A stretch of 64,000 bases of DNA from Vulcanimicrobiota bacterium (GCA_963795855.1 CAWCIZ010000002.1:384001-448000), one strand, 5' to 3'. Counted from the first letter of the stretch, positions 51,558-63,107 are shown. The notes: generated by a model not told the origin, from the sequence alone. Program-made: numbers and translations.

Positions 51558-51971
51558 GTGGAAAAGCCGAAACGTGTACGCTATTCGTATATCACGCGGG
51601 CCACCGCCGCAGCGATGCAGCGTCATCACTCGGCGATCGCCGTACGTGAGGCGAAAGTCGTACGCGGGATGCTCGTTCTGCATATGCGCAACAAGTGCAA
51701 AATCGTGTTCCCTGTGTGCGCCATCAATGAGATTCGCTACGCGCCAAAGGCCGATCTGCGAGAAGTGCAAATCTCAGCGATGCGCGATCGGCTTATCTTT
51801 CCGCGCGTCGGCGCAGAGTTGAGTATAGTCACCTTACTGAAGCGCTTTTTTGGTTCGGCTATTCTCAGCGAAGCAGGGAAAAAGGCCGGCAGTGCTTCGT
51901 CCGAAGCAAAGGCGCAGGCAGCTCGGGCGAACGGCAAAAAGGGCGGAAGACCTTCGAGAAAAACGCCGTAA
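51558..51971 (+). CDS. DUF2442-like protein with basic C-terminal GGRP tail
   Basis: TAAGGAGG RBS then GTG; L.EV.I....L.FP....LS..LL...FG and SEAKAQAARANGKKGGRPSRK. Confidence 0.7.
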   Translation: MEKPKRVRYSYITRATAAAMQRHHSAIAVREAKVVRGMLVLHMRNKCKIVFPVCAINEIRYAPKADLREVQISAMRDRLIFPRVGAELSIVTLLKRFFGSAILSEAGKKAGSASSEAKAQAARANGKKGGRPSRKTP

Positions 51972-51978
51972 CTTGGAG

Positions 51979-53130
51979 TCAGCCCATCGATGGTTCGCGG
52001 CGGCGGGACGAGCGCACGAAGTCTTCGATACGGGTCAAACCTTCGCGAAAACGCTCCGGAGGCGCCACCCACGAAAGGCGAAGCCAGCCGGAGAACGCTT
52101 CGCCGAAAGCGGCACCTGGTATCGCGATGACGTCGTAATCGTCGGCCAAGCGATGCGCGGCTGCAAGCGAATCAACGGCGTCCGGCAGTTGGACGCAAGC
52201 GTAAAACGCGCCGTCAGGCGCGATGAACCGCAGGCCACTCGCATTCAAAGCATCGAGAACCGCGCGCCGCTGTGACGAATACCAATCAGCATGCTCCGAA
52301 ATCCCTCCGGGCGTCGAAAAAATATGAAGTGCGACCTGCTGCGCGAACGTGTCGGCGCACGAGGTCAGCCACGCGTGCACCTTGACGACGTTACGCGCCA
52401 CTTCGACAGGCGCGAGCGCCCAGCCCAATCGCAGCCCAGTCAGCGCATTGCTCTTGCTCACGCTGTTCGTCACGATCGTATGCGGGTAGCATTCCGCGAA
52501 GTATCCCGGATCGTCGACGAATGTTTGCTCCCGGTAGATTTCGTCGTGCAAAACCCAGACCGGATCGCCGCCGCGGTGCAGCAGCGTTTCGCTCAAATGC
52601 GTGACGGCACTCGACGTGATGACCCGCGCGGTGGGATTACATGGCGAACAGATGACGATCATACGCGTTCGGCTGCCGGCGGCCGCGGCTATCAGCTCCG
52701 GATCGAACGCGAAATCGTCCTCTTCGCGCAGCGACACCTTTCGAACACCGACGCCCTCAAGCGCCGCCATCTTCGCGTACGACGGAAACGCCGGCTCGAC
52801 GACCAGTAGCTCGTCGCGCGCCGGATCGAGCACGGCTTTGATGACCGCGTAAGTCGCCTCTTGCGATCCGGTTGTAATGCAAACGTTTTCCGCAGCCGTC
52901 ATACGCGGATAGCGATAATGGGAAGCAATGGCCTCGCGCAAGACCGGATCGCCGGCATTCGTCGTGTAGCGTAATCCGCGCTCCAGCGCGTGACGCATTC
53001 CCGCTTCGAGATGCGCGGGGTTCGGCGCCAGCGACGGCTCGCCCAAGCCCAAGTCGATCGACGTTGCTTTGCGCTTGGCAGCGATTTCACGGATCAGCGA
53101 GCCCGATATGCCGTGGATTCTCGGATTCAT
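51979..53130 (-). CDS. PLP-dependent class I/II aminotransferase (possibly DapC-like)
   Basis: LGLGEP, SPCNPT, DEIY, NSVSKSNALTGLRLGW; overlaps the dapD stop. Confidence 0.9.
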   Translation of the reverse strand: MNPRIHGISGSLIREIAAKRKATSIDLGLGEPSLAPNPAHLEAGMRHALERGLRYTTNAGDPVLREAIASHYRYPRMTAAENVCITTGSQEATYAVIKAVLDPARDELLVVEPAFPSYAKMAALEGVGVRKVSLREEDDFAFDPELIAAAAGSRTRMIVICSPCNPTARVITSSAVTHLSETLLHRGGDPVWVLHDEIYREQTFVDDPGYFAECYPHTIVTNSVSKSNALTGLRLGWALAPVEVARNVVKVHAWLTSCADTFAQQVALHIFSTPGGISEHADWYSSQRRAVLDALNASGLRFIAPDGAFYACVQLPDAVDSLAAAHRLADDYDVIAIPGAAFGEAFSGWLRLSWVAPPERFREGLTRIEDFVRSSRRREPSMG

Positions 53131-53918
53131 ACCGCGACCTCGTAATCGCGCAGCGCCGCGTTTAGCGACGTCTTGCTATCCGTGGCTTCGTTGCGCGTGC
53201 CGATGATCAGCGCGCACGGCACACCGAACGTTCCGGCCGGAAATTCCTTCGGAATCACCCCGGGGATGACGACGCTGCGCGCCGGAACGGATCCCTTCGT
53301 CACCACCGGCTGCGCCCCGCGCGCATCGACGATCGGCGTGCTCGCGGTCAAGACGACGCCCGCGCCGATCACCGCTTCGCGTTCGACGCGAACCCCCTCC
53401 ACCACGATACAACGCGAACCGACGAAGGCGCCGTCTTCCACGATGACCGGCCGTGCCTGCGGCGGTTCGAGCACGCCGCCGATCCCAACGCCGCCCGATA
53501 GATGCACGTTTTTGCCGATTTGCGCGCAGGAGCCGACAGTAGCCCACGTGTCGACCATCGTGCCGTCGTCGACGTATGCGCCGACATTCACGTAGCCGGG
53601 CATCAGAATCGCCCCGCGGCCTAGGAAGCTGCCGTACCGCGCGACTCCGGGCGGGACGCAGCGCGCGCCGAGCCGTTCGTAATTCGTTTTCGTCGGCAGT
53701 TTGTCGTAGTACGTCGGGCCGCTTCCGCCGCCGAACGTGCGCGAGCCCCGCTGCGCGAAGTAGGCCAGGATCGCACGCTTGATCCAAGCGTGCGTTACCC
53801 AGCCTTCAGGGCCGGGTTCGGCAACGCGCAGGCGGCCCTCGTCGAGAGCCGCGATCACCTCGTCGACGGCATTTGCGTCGCCCGCGTCCACTCGCTCCTC
53901 GAGTTCCCGTACGTTCAT
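53127..53918 (-). CDS. dapD: Tetrahydrodipicolinate N-succinyltransferase
   Basis: LDEGRLRVAE, WIKRAIL, MVDTWATVGSCAQIG, GVLEP, KTSLN.ALR. Confidence 0.95.
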   Translation of the reverse strand: MNVRELEERVDAGDANAVDEVIAALDEGRLRVAEPGPEGWVTHAWIKRAILAYFAQRGSRTFGGGSGPTYYDKLPTKTNYERLGARCVPPGVARYGSFLGRGAILMPGYVNVGAYVDDGTMVDTWATVGSCAQIGKNVHLSGGVGIGGVLEPPQARPVIVEDGAFVGSRCIVVEGVRVEREAVIGAGVVLTASTPIVDARGAQPVVTKGSVPARSVVIPGVIPKEFPAGTFGVPCALIIGTRNEATDSKTSLNAALRDYEVAV

Positions 53919-54063
53919 GACCGCGCGGTACGGCGCGGGCCGCCGCTCTTCCCGCACCTGCGCGCCAGGGGGCCGCTCGGCGCCGCGTCTGGAAGCGGGT
54001 AAAAAGCGTTCGTGAGACCGCTGCCCTTAGGGGTGAGCCGCGTCTATTTTCAAAGGAGAACCT

Positions 54064-56064
54064 GTGTCGAACACGCGCGACGACGAGCAACGCATAAACG
54101 CGATTCGTTTTCTTTCGGTGGATGCGGTCCAGAAAGCGAATTCCGGACATCCCGGAATGCCGCTCGGAGCGGCGGCGGCGGCATACACGCTTTGGACGCG
54201 GCACCTGCGTTTCAATCCGAAGGACCCGGCGTGGCCGAACCGCGACCGCTTCATTCTCAGCGCCGGCCACGCATCGATGCTGCTGTATTCGCTGCTGTAT
54301 TTGACGGGGTACGACGTTTCGCTCGAAGATCTCGAATCGTTCCGCCAGCTCGGCAGCAAAACGCCCGGACACCCCGAGGCGCATCACACACCAGGAGTCG
54401 AGGTCACGACGGGCCCGCTCGGACAAGGGTTCGGGAATGCAGTCGGGTTCGCAATCGCCGAAGCGCAGCTCGGCGCGACGTACAACCGCGACCAGACGAT
54501 CGTCGATCATTTCACCTACGTCATGTGCAGCGACGGCGACATGATGGAAGGCGTCAGTTCGGAAGCGGCCTCCATGGCCGGTCACCTGCAGCTCGGCAAA
54601 CTCATCGCGCTCTACGACGACAACAAAGTTTCGCTCGCCGCGAAAACCGAGGTCACGTTCACCGAGGACACCGGCATGCGCTTCGAGGCTTACGGCTGGC
54701 ACGTGCAGCGCGTCGATATCGATCACGGCAACGACGTCGAAACGCTCGATCGTGCGATCGGCGCGGCGAAGAGCGAGACGGGCAAACCGTCGCTCATCAT
54801 CGTACGCACGCACATCGGCTACGGTTCGCCCAAGCAAGACTCGTTCAAGTCGCACGGGGAACCGCTGGGGCCGGATGACGTCAAAGCCACCAAAGAAAAT
54901 CTCGGCTGGCCCCTCCAGCCGGCCTTCTACGTTCCCGACGACGTGCTCGCGTTCTACCGCAAGATCGGCGAGCGCGGCGCGGACCTGCAGACTGAATGGC
55001 AGCGCGCGTACGACGAGTGGAAGGGTGAGAACGCGCAGCTCGCGGCGCAGTGGGAGCGCGTGCTGAACAAGGGCGTCCCGCAAAACGTTCCGTGGCCGGC
55101 GATCACAAAGCAAAACGGCGACAACGTAGCCACGCGCGAGACCGGCGGGACGGTCATGAACGCAATCGCAAGCGCGGTGCCGGAACTGGTGGGCGGATCC
55201 GCAGATCTGGATCCCTCGACCAAGACGTACCTCAAAGATTGCGGCGACTTCCAGCCGGACAACTACGGCGGCCGCAACATTCATTACGGCGTTCGCGAGC
55301 ACGCGATGGCCGCGATCAACAATGGTCTTGCGCTGCATGGCGGGCTGCTGCCGTTCGGCGCGACGTTCCTGAACTTTTTGGATTACATGAAGGGCGCCGT
55401 TCGTTTGGCGTGCATCAATAAAGTGCGCTGCTATTACGTGCTGACGCACGATTCGGTGTTTCTGGGTGAAGACGGCCCGACGCACCAGCCGATCGAGCAT
55501 CTTGCCCACATGCGCGCGACCCCGAACCTGCTGATGATTCGCCCCGCCGACTCGCTGGAAACGCTCGAGGCGTGGAAGGTCATGATTCAGGCTCGCGAAG
55601 GGCCGTTTGCGCTCGTGCTCTCGCGGCAAAAACTGCCGTATCTGGGCGATCGCACCGCCGACGTCGCACGCGGGGCCTACATTCTGGCGGACACGGACGC
55701 AACGCCGGATCTGATCCTCATCGCCACCGGCTCGGAAGTTTCGCTCGCCGTGCAAGCGGCGCAGCTCCTCAAGGCCAAAGGCATGGAAACGCGCGTCGTC
55801 TCGATGCCCTGCTGGGAGCTTTTCCAAGCGCAGCCGCAGTCGTATCGCGATCGAGTGCTGCCGCCGGACGTCACCGCGCGCATGTCGATCGAAGCGGCGT
55901 CGACTTTGGGCTGGGAACGATGGGTCGGGTTGCGCGGGTACAGCTACGGCATCGATCACTTCGGAACGTCCGCACCGGCGGGCGACATCGCCAGGGAATA
56001 CGGGTTCACGCCCGAGCACGTCGCGCAGGTCGCGCAAGAACATTTCGCTACGGTCCGTCGATAG
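54064..56064 (+). CDS. tkt: Transketolase
   Basis: [43 protein letters not shown]. Confidence 0.97.
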   Translation: MSNTRDDEQRINAIRFLSVDAVQKANSGHPGMPLGAAAAAYTLWTRHLRFNPKDPAWPNRDRFILSAGHASMLLYSLLYLTGYDVSLEDLESFRQLGSKTPGHPEAHHTPGVEVTTGPLGQGFGNAVGFAIAEAQLGATYNRDQTIVDHFTYVMCSDGDMMEGVSSEAASMAGHLQLGKLIALYDDNKVSLAAKTEVTFTEDTGMRFEAYGWHVQRVDIDHGNDVETLDRAIGAAKSETGKPSLIIVRTHIGYGSPKQDSFKSHGEPLGPDDVKATKENLGWPLQPAFYVPDDVLAFYRKIGERGADLQTEWQRAYDEWKGENAQLAAQWERVLNKGVPQNVPWPAITKQNGDNVATRETGGTVMNAIASAVPELVGGSADLDPSTKTYLKDCGDFQPDNYGGRNIHYGVREHAMAAINNGLALHGGLLPFGATFLNFLDYMKGAVRLACINKVRCYYVLTHDSVFLGEDGPTHQPIEHLAHMRATPNLLMIRPADSLETLEAWKVMIQAREGPFALVLSRQKLPYLGDRTADVARGAYILADTDATPDLILIATGSEVSLAVQAAQLLKAKGMETRVVSMPCWELFQAQPQSYRDRVLPPDVTARMSIEAASTLGWERWVGLRGYSYGIDHFGTSAPAGDIAREYGFTPEHVAQVAQEHFATVRR

Positions 56065-56076
56065 GGAGTAATCATC

Positions 56077-58921
56077 GTGAGTGGCCATCAACTGCAGCAA
56101 TTACTGGAAGCGGGACAGAGCGTTTGGCTCGACAACCTGCGCCGCGGCATGTTCGCATCGGGCGAGCTGCAGGCGCTGATCGACAAAGGCCTGCGCGGAA
56201 TGACCTCCAACCCGACGATTTTCGAAAAAGCAATCGGCGCGGGAAACGACTACGACGACCAATTGCGCTCGCTCATCGGCAAGCAGCGCGACGCAAGCGC
56301 GCTTTTCTGGGATCTCGCCATTCAGGATATTCAAAGCGCGTGCGACTTGTTCCGTAAGGTGTACGACGAGTCCGGCGGCAACGACGGCTTCGTCAGCCTC
56401 GAGGTCTCCCCGCTGCTCGCTCACGATACGCAAGGCACCATCGACATGGCGAAAGATCTCTGGAAGCGCCTGAACCGCCCGAACCTGATGGTGAAAATTC
56501 CCGGCACGAACGAGGGCGTGCCCGCGATCGAAGAGTGCATCGCCGAAGGCATCAACATCAACGTCACGCTGATCTTTGCCATCGAGATGTACGAGAAAAC
56601 CACTCGCGCCTTCATCCGCGGTCTGCAGCGCCGCATGGACAAAGGCCAGGACGTCTCGAAGGTTCGCTCCGTCAACAGCGTCTTCGTCAGTCGAATCGAC
56701 ACCGCGGTCGACAAGTTGCTCGAAGCCCGCATCGACAAAGGCGAGAAGCAACTGGAGAATCTGCTCGGCAAAGCCGGCACGGCGAATCTAAAACTCACGT
56801 ACCAAAAGTTTCTGGAAATTTGCTCATCCGATGAATGGAAAGCCGTCGCGGCGAAAGGCGCACGCCCGCAACGACCGCTTTGGGCGTCCACGTCGACGAA
56901 AAACCCGAAGTACTTCGATCTCATGTATATCGAACCGGTGGTCGGCCGCGACACCGTCAATACGATGCCGCCGCAAACGCTCGACGCGCTGCTGGATCAC
57001 GGCACCGTCGTCCCGGATACGGTACTCAAAGATTTGGACGAAGCACGGGCCACGGTCAAGCAGACTCGGCGACGCGAACATCTCGCTCTTCGAGGTGACG
57101 TATCAGCTGCAAGTGGAAGGCGTCCGCCTGTTCAGCGACTCGTTCGCCGCGCTGCTCGGCGCCATCGTCTACAAACAGAAACAACTCAGTTCCGGCGCCG
57201 AGCGCGTTTCGCTTTCGCTGGGCCGTTATTCCGACGCGTATTCGAGCGCGCTCAAAGAACTGGCCGACCGCGACTTCCTGAAGAAGCTCTGGGCAAAAGA
57301 CGCGTCGCTTTGGTCAACCGACCCGCAGCACGTGGAGATCATTAAAAAAGCGCTGGGATGGCTGGACGTTCCGCAGCATTTGCTCGAAGAAGTCGCCAAC
57401 CTTCAACGCTTCGCAAAAGAGATCGCGGCGGAATTCGCGCATGTGGTCGTGCTCGGCATGGGCGGCAGCTCGCTCGCTCCCGACATAATGCGTGAAACGT
57501 TCGGCAAAGCCGAAGGCCGCCCGCAGCTTCACGTCCTCGACTCGACCGATCCGCAGCAGATTCGCACGCTGGAATCGCAAATCGAAATCGATCGCACGCT
57601 CTTCATCGTCGCCAGCAAGAGCGGCACGACGACGGAGCCCGATGCGTTCTACCGCTTCTTCTGCGAACGCGTCAGCAAAGCGGTCGGCGCGAACAACTGC
57701 GGAAGGCGTTTCGTCGCGATTACCGATCCGGGAACCGAACTCGAAACCGAGGCCAAATCGCAAGGCTTCCGCGCCTGTTTCCTCAACGATCCGACGATCG
57801 GCGGACGCTACTCCGCGCTCTCGTTTTTCGGCATGGTGCCGGCGGCGCTGGCTGGATACGACGTCAACTTGCTGCTCGATCGCGGGCTCGGGGCAATGCA
57901 CGCGAACGACAAGACGGTGCCGGTTCCGAACGCGCCCGGGGCAAAATTTGGAGCCGCCATCGGAGCGCTCGCGCGGGAAGGCCGCGACAAACTGACGATC
58001 GTCGCGCATCCGTCAATACGCGCCTTCGGAGCGTGGGCGGAACAACTGATCGCCGAGTCCACCGGCAAGATGGGGCGCGGCATCCTGCCGGTCGAAGGTG
58101 AAGCGCTCGGCGATCCCGGCGAATACGGAAACGATCGCGTGTTCGTCTATGTCGGCGCGAATTTGCCGAACCCCGACCGCGGAACCGACGAGAAGCTGCG
58201 CGCGTTGGAAGGTGCGGGTCATCCCGTAATTCGACTGGCGATGAATGACGCGTATGACGTCGGCGAGCAGTTCTACCTCTGGGAGGTAGCGACGGCGGCG
58301 GCGGGATCGCTGATCGGCATCGACGCCTTCGATCAGCCCAACGTGCAAGAATCGAAGGACAACACGAAAGCGCTCCTTGCGCAATACGCCTCGAAGGGCA
58401 GCTTCGAGGAACCGGCCGCGAATCTCGCGACCGACGCATTCGACTTCACCTTCTTGTCCGGCTCGAAGACGATCGCCGGAAAAGACGCGCCCGCCGCATT
58501 AGCAGCGCTGTTCAACGAAGTTCGAGACGGCGACTACGTCGCATTTTGCGCGTACGTCGAACGCAACGGCGAACACGCGCGGCTGCTCGACGACATGCGG
58601 CTGAAGATCCGTGACGCGCGCAAGTGCGCGACGACCCTCGGCTTCGGTCCACGTTTCCTGCATTCGACCGGTCAAGAGCACAAGGGCGGTCCCGATACCG
58701 GCGTTTTCGTACAAATCACGGCCGACTCACCGTTCGATTTGCCGATCCCCGGCATGAACGTGGGCTTCCGCACGTTGATCGCCGCACAGGCGCTCGGCGA
58801 TTTTCAGTCACTCGACAAACGCAGACGCCGCGGCGTTCGCGTTCACGTCAAGGGCGATCTGGAACGCGGTCTGAACGCCTTGAACGCCGCAATCGACGAC
58901 GCGCTGACTGCGAAAGCATAG
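56077..58921 (+). CDS. Bifunctional transaldolase/glucose-6-phosphate isomerase, frameshift near 57063
   Basis: GQSVWLD, TSNPTIF, MVKIPGT, LWASTSTKNP; then LGMGGSSL, SKSGTT, GGRYS, FDQPNVQESK. Confidence 0.92.
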
Positions 58922-58922
58922 C

Positions 58923-59824
58923 ATGCAGATAGGAATGGTCGGGCTCGGACGCATGGGCGCGAACATGACCGAGCGGCTGATGAAGGGCGGCCATAGTGTC
59001 GTCGCCTTCGACCGGAGCGCGGAAGCGGTTGCGCGCGGTGGCAAGTATCGGCGCGACGGCCGCGGGAACGCTTTCCGATCTCGTCGCCAAGCTCGACGGC
59101 AAACCGAAAGTCGTGTGGATCATGGTGCCCGCGGGCAAGCCGACGGACGACACGATCGACGAACTCATCGCGCTGCTCGGAAAAGGCGATGCGATCGTCG
59201 ACGGCGGCAACACGAACTGGAAAGACGGTTTGGCCGCATACGAGCGATGCAAAGCCAAGGGCGTCGAACTGGTCGACGCCGGAACCAGCGGCGGCGTCTG
59301 GGGTCTGAAAGAGGGTTACTGCCTGATGGTCGGCGGCACGGACGCCGCAGTGAAAGCGTGCGAACCGGCATTTCTCACGCTGGCGCCCTCCCGGCGGTTA
59401 CGCTCACGTCGGCCCGCCCGGCGCGGGTCACTTTTCGAAGATGGCGCACAACGGCATCGAATACGGCCTGCTGCAAGCGTACGGCGAGGGATTCGAAATC
59501 CTGCGCACCTCGCCGTTCAAGTACGATCTGCATCAACTCGCCTCGATCTGGCGATACGGCAGCGTGATTCGTTCCTGGCTGCTCGATCTCGCCGTGCTCG
59601 CGTTCGAGCAAGACCCCGATCTCGAGAAGATTCGCGGCTGGGTCGACGATACGGGCGAAGGCCGCTGGACCGTGCAGGCGGCGATCGATCAAAACGTTCC
59701 CGCGCCAGTCATCACTCTCTCGCTGCTGGCTCGTTTCGCGTCGCGTCAGGACGAGTCGTACAGCGCAAAAGTGATCGCGGCGCTGCGCAATCAATTCGGC
59801 GGACACGCCGTGAAGGCGGAATGA
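58923..59824 (+). CDS. gnd: 6-phosphogluconate dehydrogenase (short decarboxylating type), frameshifts near 59035 and 59390
   Basis: GLGRMG, WIMVPAG, DAGTSGG, KMAHNGIEYG, GEGRWT, ALRNQFGGH spread over three frames. Confidence 0.93.
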
Positions 59825-59831
59825 ATCAGGC

Positions 59832-61394
59832 ATGACCACGAGTACTCCGGCGCAGGCCGGCAACGGCGTCGCGCAAATTTCGGTCAACCCGCTGCGCGCG
59901 GGCATCGAGAGCAGCCGCGTTTCCGATCCCTGTACCATCGTGTTTTTCGGCGCAAGCGGCGATTTGTTCAAACGCATGCTTATGCCGGCGATCTATAATC
60001 TGCGCTTGAACGACATCTTGCCAGCGAACTTCGGGCTCATCGGTTTTGCGCGCACGCAGTACACCGACGAGCAGTTTCGCGAGTACTGCAAACAGTGCGT
60101 GGACGAGTTCTCCCGGTCGGGCCCCGTCAAGGACTCGCTCTGGAACGACTTGGCGCAGCGCATCAGTTACATCACGGCAAATTTCGACGACACGTCGCAT
60201 TTCGAAGCGCTCGCCAAACGGCTCGACGAGTACGAGCAGCAGTTCGGCGCGGGACGAAACCGCCTCTATTATCTGTCCACGCCGCCCTCGGTCTTTCCGA
60301 AAATCATCGCGCAGCTCAAACATGCGAAACTGGATCCCGCGAACAATTCGAAGGGCTGGAGCCGCATCATCGTCGAGAAGCCATTCGGAACGGATCTCGC
60401 TTCCGCGCAAGCGCTGCAGGCCGAAGTCGAAAAAGTCTTCAACGAAAATCAGGTCTACCGCATCGATCACTATTTGGGCAAAGAGACCGTGCAGGACATC
60501 ATGGCTCTGCGCTTTGCCAACACCATCTTCGAGCCGATATGGACGAGAAACTACGTGCAGTCGGTCCAAATCACCGCCGCCGAAACGCTCGGCGTCGAAG
60601 GCCGCGGCGGCTATTACGACAACGCCGGCGCGCTGCGCGACATGATTCAGAACCACGTGATGAACCTGCTCGCCCTGGTGGCGATGGAACCGCCGGCAAG
60701 TTCGGACGCCGATGCGATTCGTAACGAAAAGTACAAGGTGTTCTCGGCTATCGAGCCGCCGGCTCCCGAAGAAGTATTCCAGATGGGCGTGCGCGGCCAG
60801 TACGACGCCGGCACCATTGGCGGTCAGGCGGTTCCCGCATATCGCAGCGAACCGGACGTGCGTCCCGATTCGAACACCGAAACGTACGCAGCGCTCAAAT
60901 TGAACATCAACAACTGGCGGTGGGCCGGCGTGCCGTTCTACGTCCGCAGCGGCAAGCGCCTTGCGCGCAAGGTTTCCGAGATCGCGATTACGTTCAGCCA
61001 GATACCGCACCGGCTTTTCGGCGAAAAAAGCGACACCATCGAGCAGAACGTCCTCGTCATAAAAATTCAGCCGGACGAAGGCATCTCCATGCGCTTCAAC
61101 GCGAAGGTTCCCGGTCAAAAAAATCACATTCGCAGCGTGACGATGGACTTCAACTACGGCACCGGCTTCGGCGTGCAGTCTGCGCCCGCGTACGAACGGC
61201 TGATCGCGGACGCGATGCGAGGCGATGCCACGCTCTTCACGCGTTGGGACGCCGTCGAGCGCGCTTGGGAGATCGTCATGCCGGTTCTCGAGGTGTGGCA
61301 GTCCATCAAGGATCGCGCCTTCCCGAACTATGCGGCCGGCAGCGACGGCCCGCAGGCGGCGCACGCGCTGAACGCCGGGTGGCGCCCGCTGTGA
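59832..61394 (+). CDS. zwf: Glucose-6-phosphate 1-dehydrogenase
   Basis: FGASGDL, EKPFG, RIDHYLGKETVQ, RDMIQNH, WAGVPFY.RSGK. Confidence 0.97.
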   Translation: MTTSTPAQAGNGVAQISVNPLRAGIESSRVSDPCTIVFFGASGDLFKRMLMPAIYNLRLNDILPANFGLIGFARTQYTDEQFREYCKQCVDEFSRSGPVKDSLWNDLAQRISYITANFDDTSHFEALAKRLDEYEQQFGAGRNRLYYLSTPPSVFPKIIAQLKHAKLDPANNSKGWSRIIVEKPFGTDLASAQALQAEVEKVFNENQVYRIDHYLGKETVQDIMALRFANTIFEPIWTRNYVQSVQITAAETLGVEGRGGYYDNAGALRDMIQNHVMNLLALVAMEPPASSDADAIRNEKYKVFSAIEPPAPEEVFQMGVRGQYDAGTIGGQAVPAYRSEPDVRPDSNTETYAALKLNINNWRWAGVPFYVRSGKRLARKVSEIAITFSQIPHRLFGEKSDTIEQNVLVIKIQPDEGISMRFNAKVPGQKNHIRSVTMDFNYGTGFGVQSAPAYERLIADAMRGDATLFTRWDAVERAWEIVMPVLEVWQSIKDRAFPNYAAGSDGPQAAHALNAGWRPL

Positions 61395-62367
61395 GCGGAC
61401 CAAGCGTCGACGATCTCCTCGATGCGCTCGCGCGGGAGCGGCGGGATCGCGGCGGCGTCTCGACGACGTCGCTCAACGTCGTCGCGTTCGTCGAAAACAA
61501 CGACGACTTGCTGCGCTGGATGCGCGAGAGCAGCGAGGAGTTCGCGCAAGCGCGCGGGTTCCGCGTCATTCTGCTCGACGGTTCGAGCGCTCCCGCGAGC
61601 CATGCAGTGCGCACGCACTGCCACGTGCAAATCGGCGCGCGCGGCGTCCCCGCGCCAGAACTGCGATCCGTCGTCCACGATCTGCTCGTCGCGAACGTTC
61701 GCAGCGTCATGCTTTGGGCCGGTACTCACGTGCAGGACGATCGCTTCTGCGCACTTGCGGACCTGGCCGAGGCGGTCGTGCTGTTCAGCCCTGCCGGAAA
61801 CGCCGCCGTGCAGTCGCTGCGGGAACTCGCGCAGGCTCGAAAGCTCGCCGATCGCCCCGCGTATCCGCGACCTCGCCTACATGCGTCTGCTGGCGTGGCA
61901 GGACCTCACCGCGCAATTCTTCGACGAGCCCGATCTCGCCGCCGAACTTCCCGCGATTCGCCGCGTCGAGATTGTGAGCGGCTCGGAGCCGGAAGCGTAT
62001 TATCTGGCGGCTTGGCTTGCGAGCCGTTTGGGGTGGGAGCCCTGCGGCAGAGCTGGAGTTCTGCGCCGCCGACGGCAGCGCGATCGAGATCGACTTTCGA
62101 AAGAGCGGCGTACCGCGCCGCGTCGGCGCCATCCGGCTGCACTCCGCGTCGTGCGCCTTCGGCATCGAAATTTCTCCGGATGCTGCCGATCTGATCTGCT
62201 TGACGGTCGAAGGGCGCAAGAAGCGCGCGCCGCGCTGCGTGCCGCTGCACGACGTCGATATCGTGTCGCTCGTGGAACGCGCGATCTTTTCCGCACCGGA
62301 CGGCGGCGTGTATCTCGAAACGCTCGGGTTGCTCCGGCGCTTGTTCGAATTCGCCGGGCCGCGATGA
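61391..62367 (+). CDS. opcA: OpcA G6PDH assembly protein, frameshifts near 61850 and 62050
   Basis: TSLNVV; DLAYMRLLAWQDLTAQFFD; LAAWLASRLGW; lies between zwf and pgl. Confidence 0.85.
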
Positions 62368-63107
62368 ACGAACGCAACGCCGGGGATCTGCGAATCTTTC
62401 CGACGCCGGGGGATTTAGCGGAGGGTCTCGCGGATGCTTTCGTCGAGAACGCGGACGGCGCGATTGCGGAACACGGAGCGTTCTTCGTGGCGCTCGCGGG
62501 AGGTACGACGCCGAAAAACGCCTACGAGTTGCTCGCTCGCGAGCCGCGGCGCAGTCAGGTCGACTGGAATCACGTGTTCGTCTATTTCGGTGACGAACGC
62601 TGCGTGCCGCCGGACGACGGCGAGTCGAACTACAAAATGGCGCGCGATGCGTTTATCACGGCGGTGAACCTGCCCGAGGATCACGTCAACCGCATGCACG
62701 GCGAAGAGGACCCGCTGCAGGCGGCGCGCAGCTATGCCGAGCTTCTGATTCAAACGATGGGGGATCTGCCGCGCTTCGACTTGGTGATGCTCGGCATGGG
62801 CGCGGACGGACACACGGCCTCGCTGTTCCCGGGGACCGATCCCCTTGCCGACAACGACCGGCTCGTGCGCGCGCCTTACGTCGCGAAGCTCGCAACGTAC
62901 CGCATTTCCATCACACCGCTCGTCATCAACAACGCACGACACGTCATCGTCGCGACCGAAGGCCTGCAGAAAGCACCGGCACTCTACGCGGTTCGCGAAG
63001 GGCCTTACGAGCCGGTGACGCATCCGGTTCAGATCGTCTCGCCGTCGAACGGACGTCTGAGCTGGTTCGTCGATCGCGCCGCCGCGGCCGAACTCGCCGA
63101 TCGCTGA
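62364..63107 (+). CDS. pgl: 6-phosphogluconolactonase
   Basis: ALAGGTTP, FGDERCVP, SNY, LGMGADGHTASLFP. Confidence 0.96.
   Translation: MNERNAGDLRIFPTPGDLAEGLADAFVENADGAIAEHGAFFVALAGGTTPKNAYELLAREPRRSQVDWNHVFVYFGDERCVPPDDGESNYKMARDAFITAVNLPEDHVNRMHGEEDPLQAARSYAELLIQTMGDLPRFDLVMLGMGADGHTASLFPGTDPLADNDRLVRAPYVAKLATYRISITPLVINNARHVIVATEGLQKAPALYAVREGPYEPVTHPVQIVSPSNGRLSWFVDRAAAAELADR

Noticed and set aside
50556..51770. Repeat-protein ORFs on the - strand (e.g. 51150-51770, KPDALGY...DDPNVNPS twice)
   Set aside because: Most unit lengths are not multiples of three and frames switch between copies; these look like incidental translations of the DNA repeat.
53806..56100. 764-aa - strand ORF and similar long antisense ORFs (59826-61403, 35107-36255)
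   Set aside because: Shadow frames of tkt, zwf and the PASTA gene, with no recognisable motifs.
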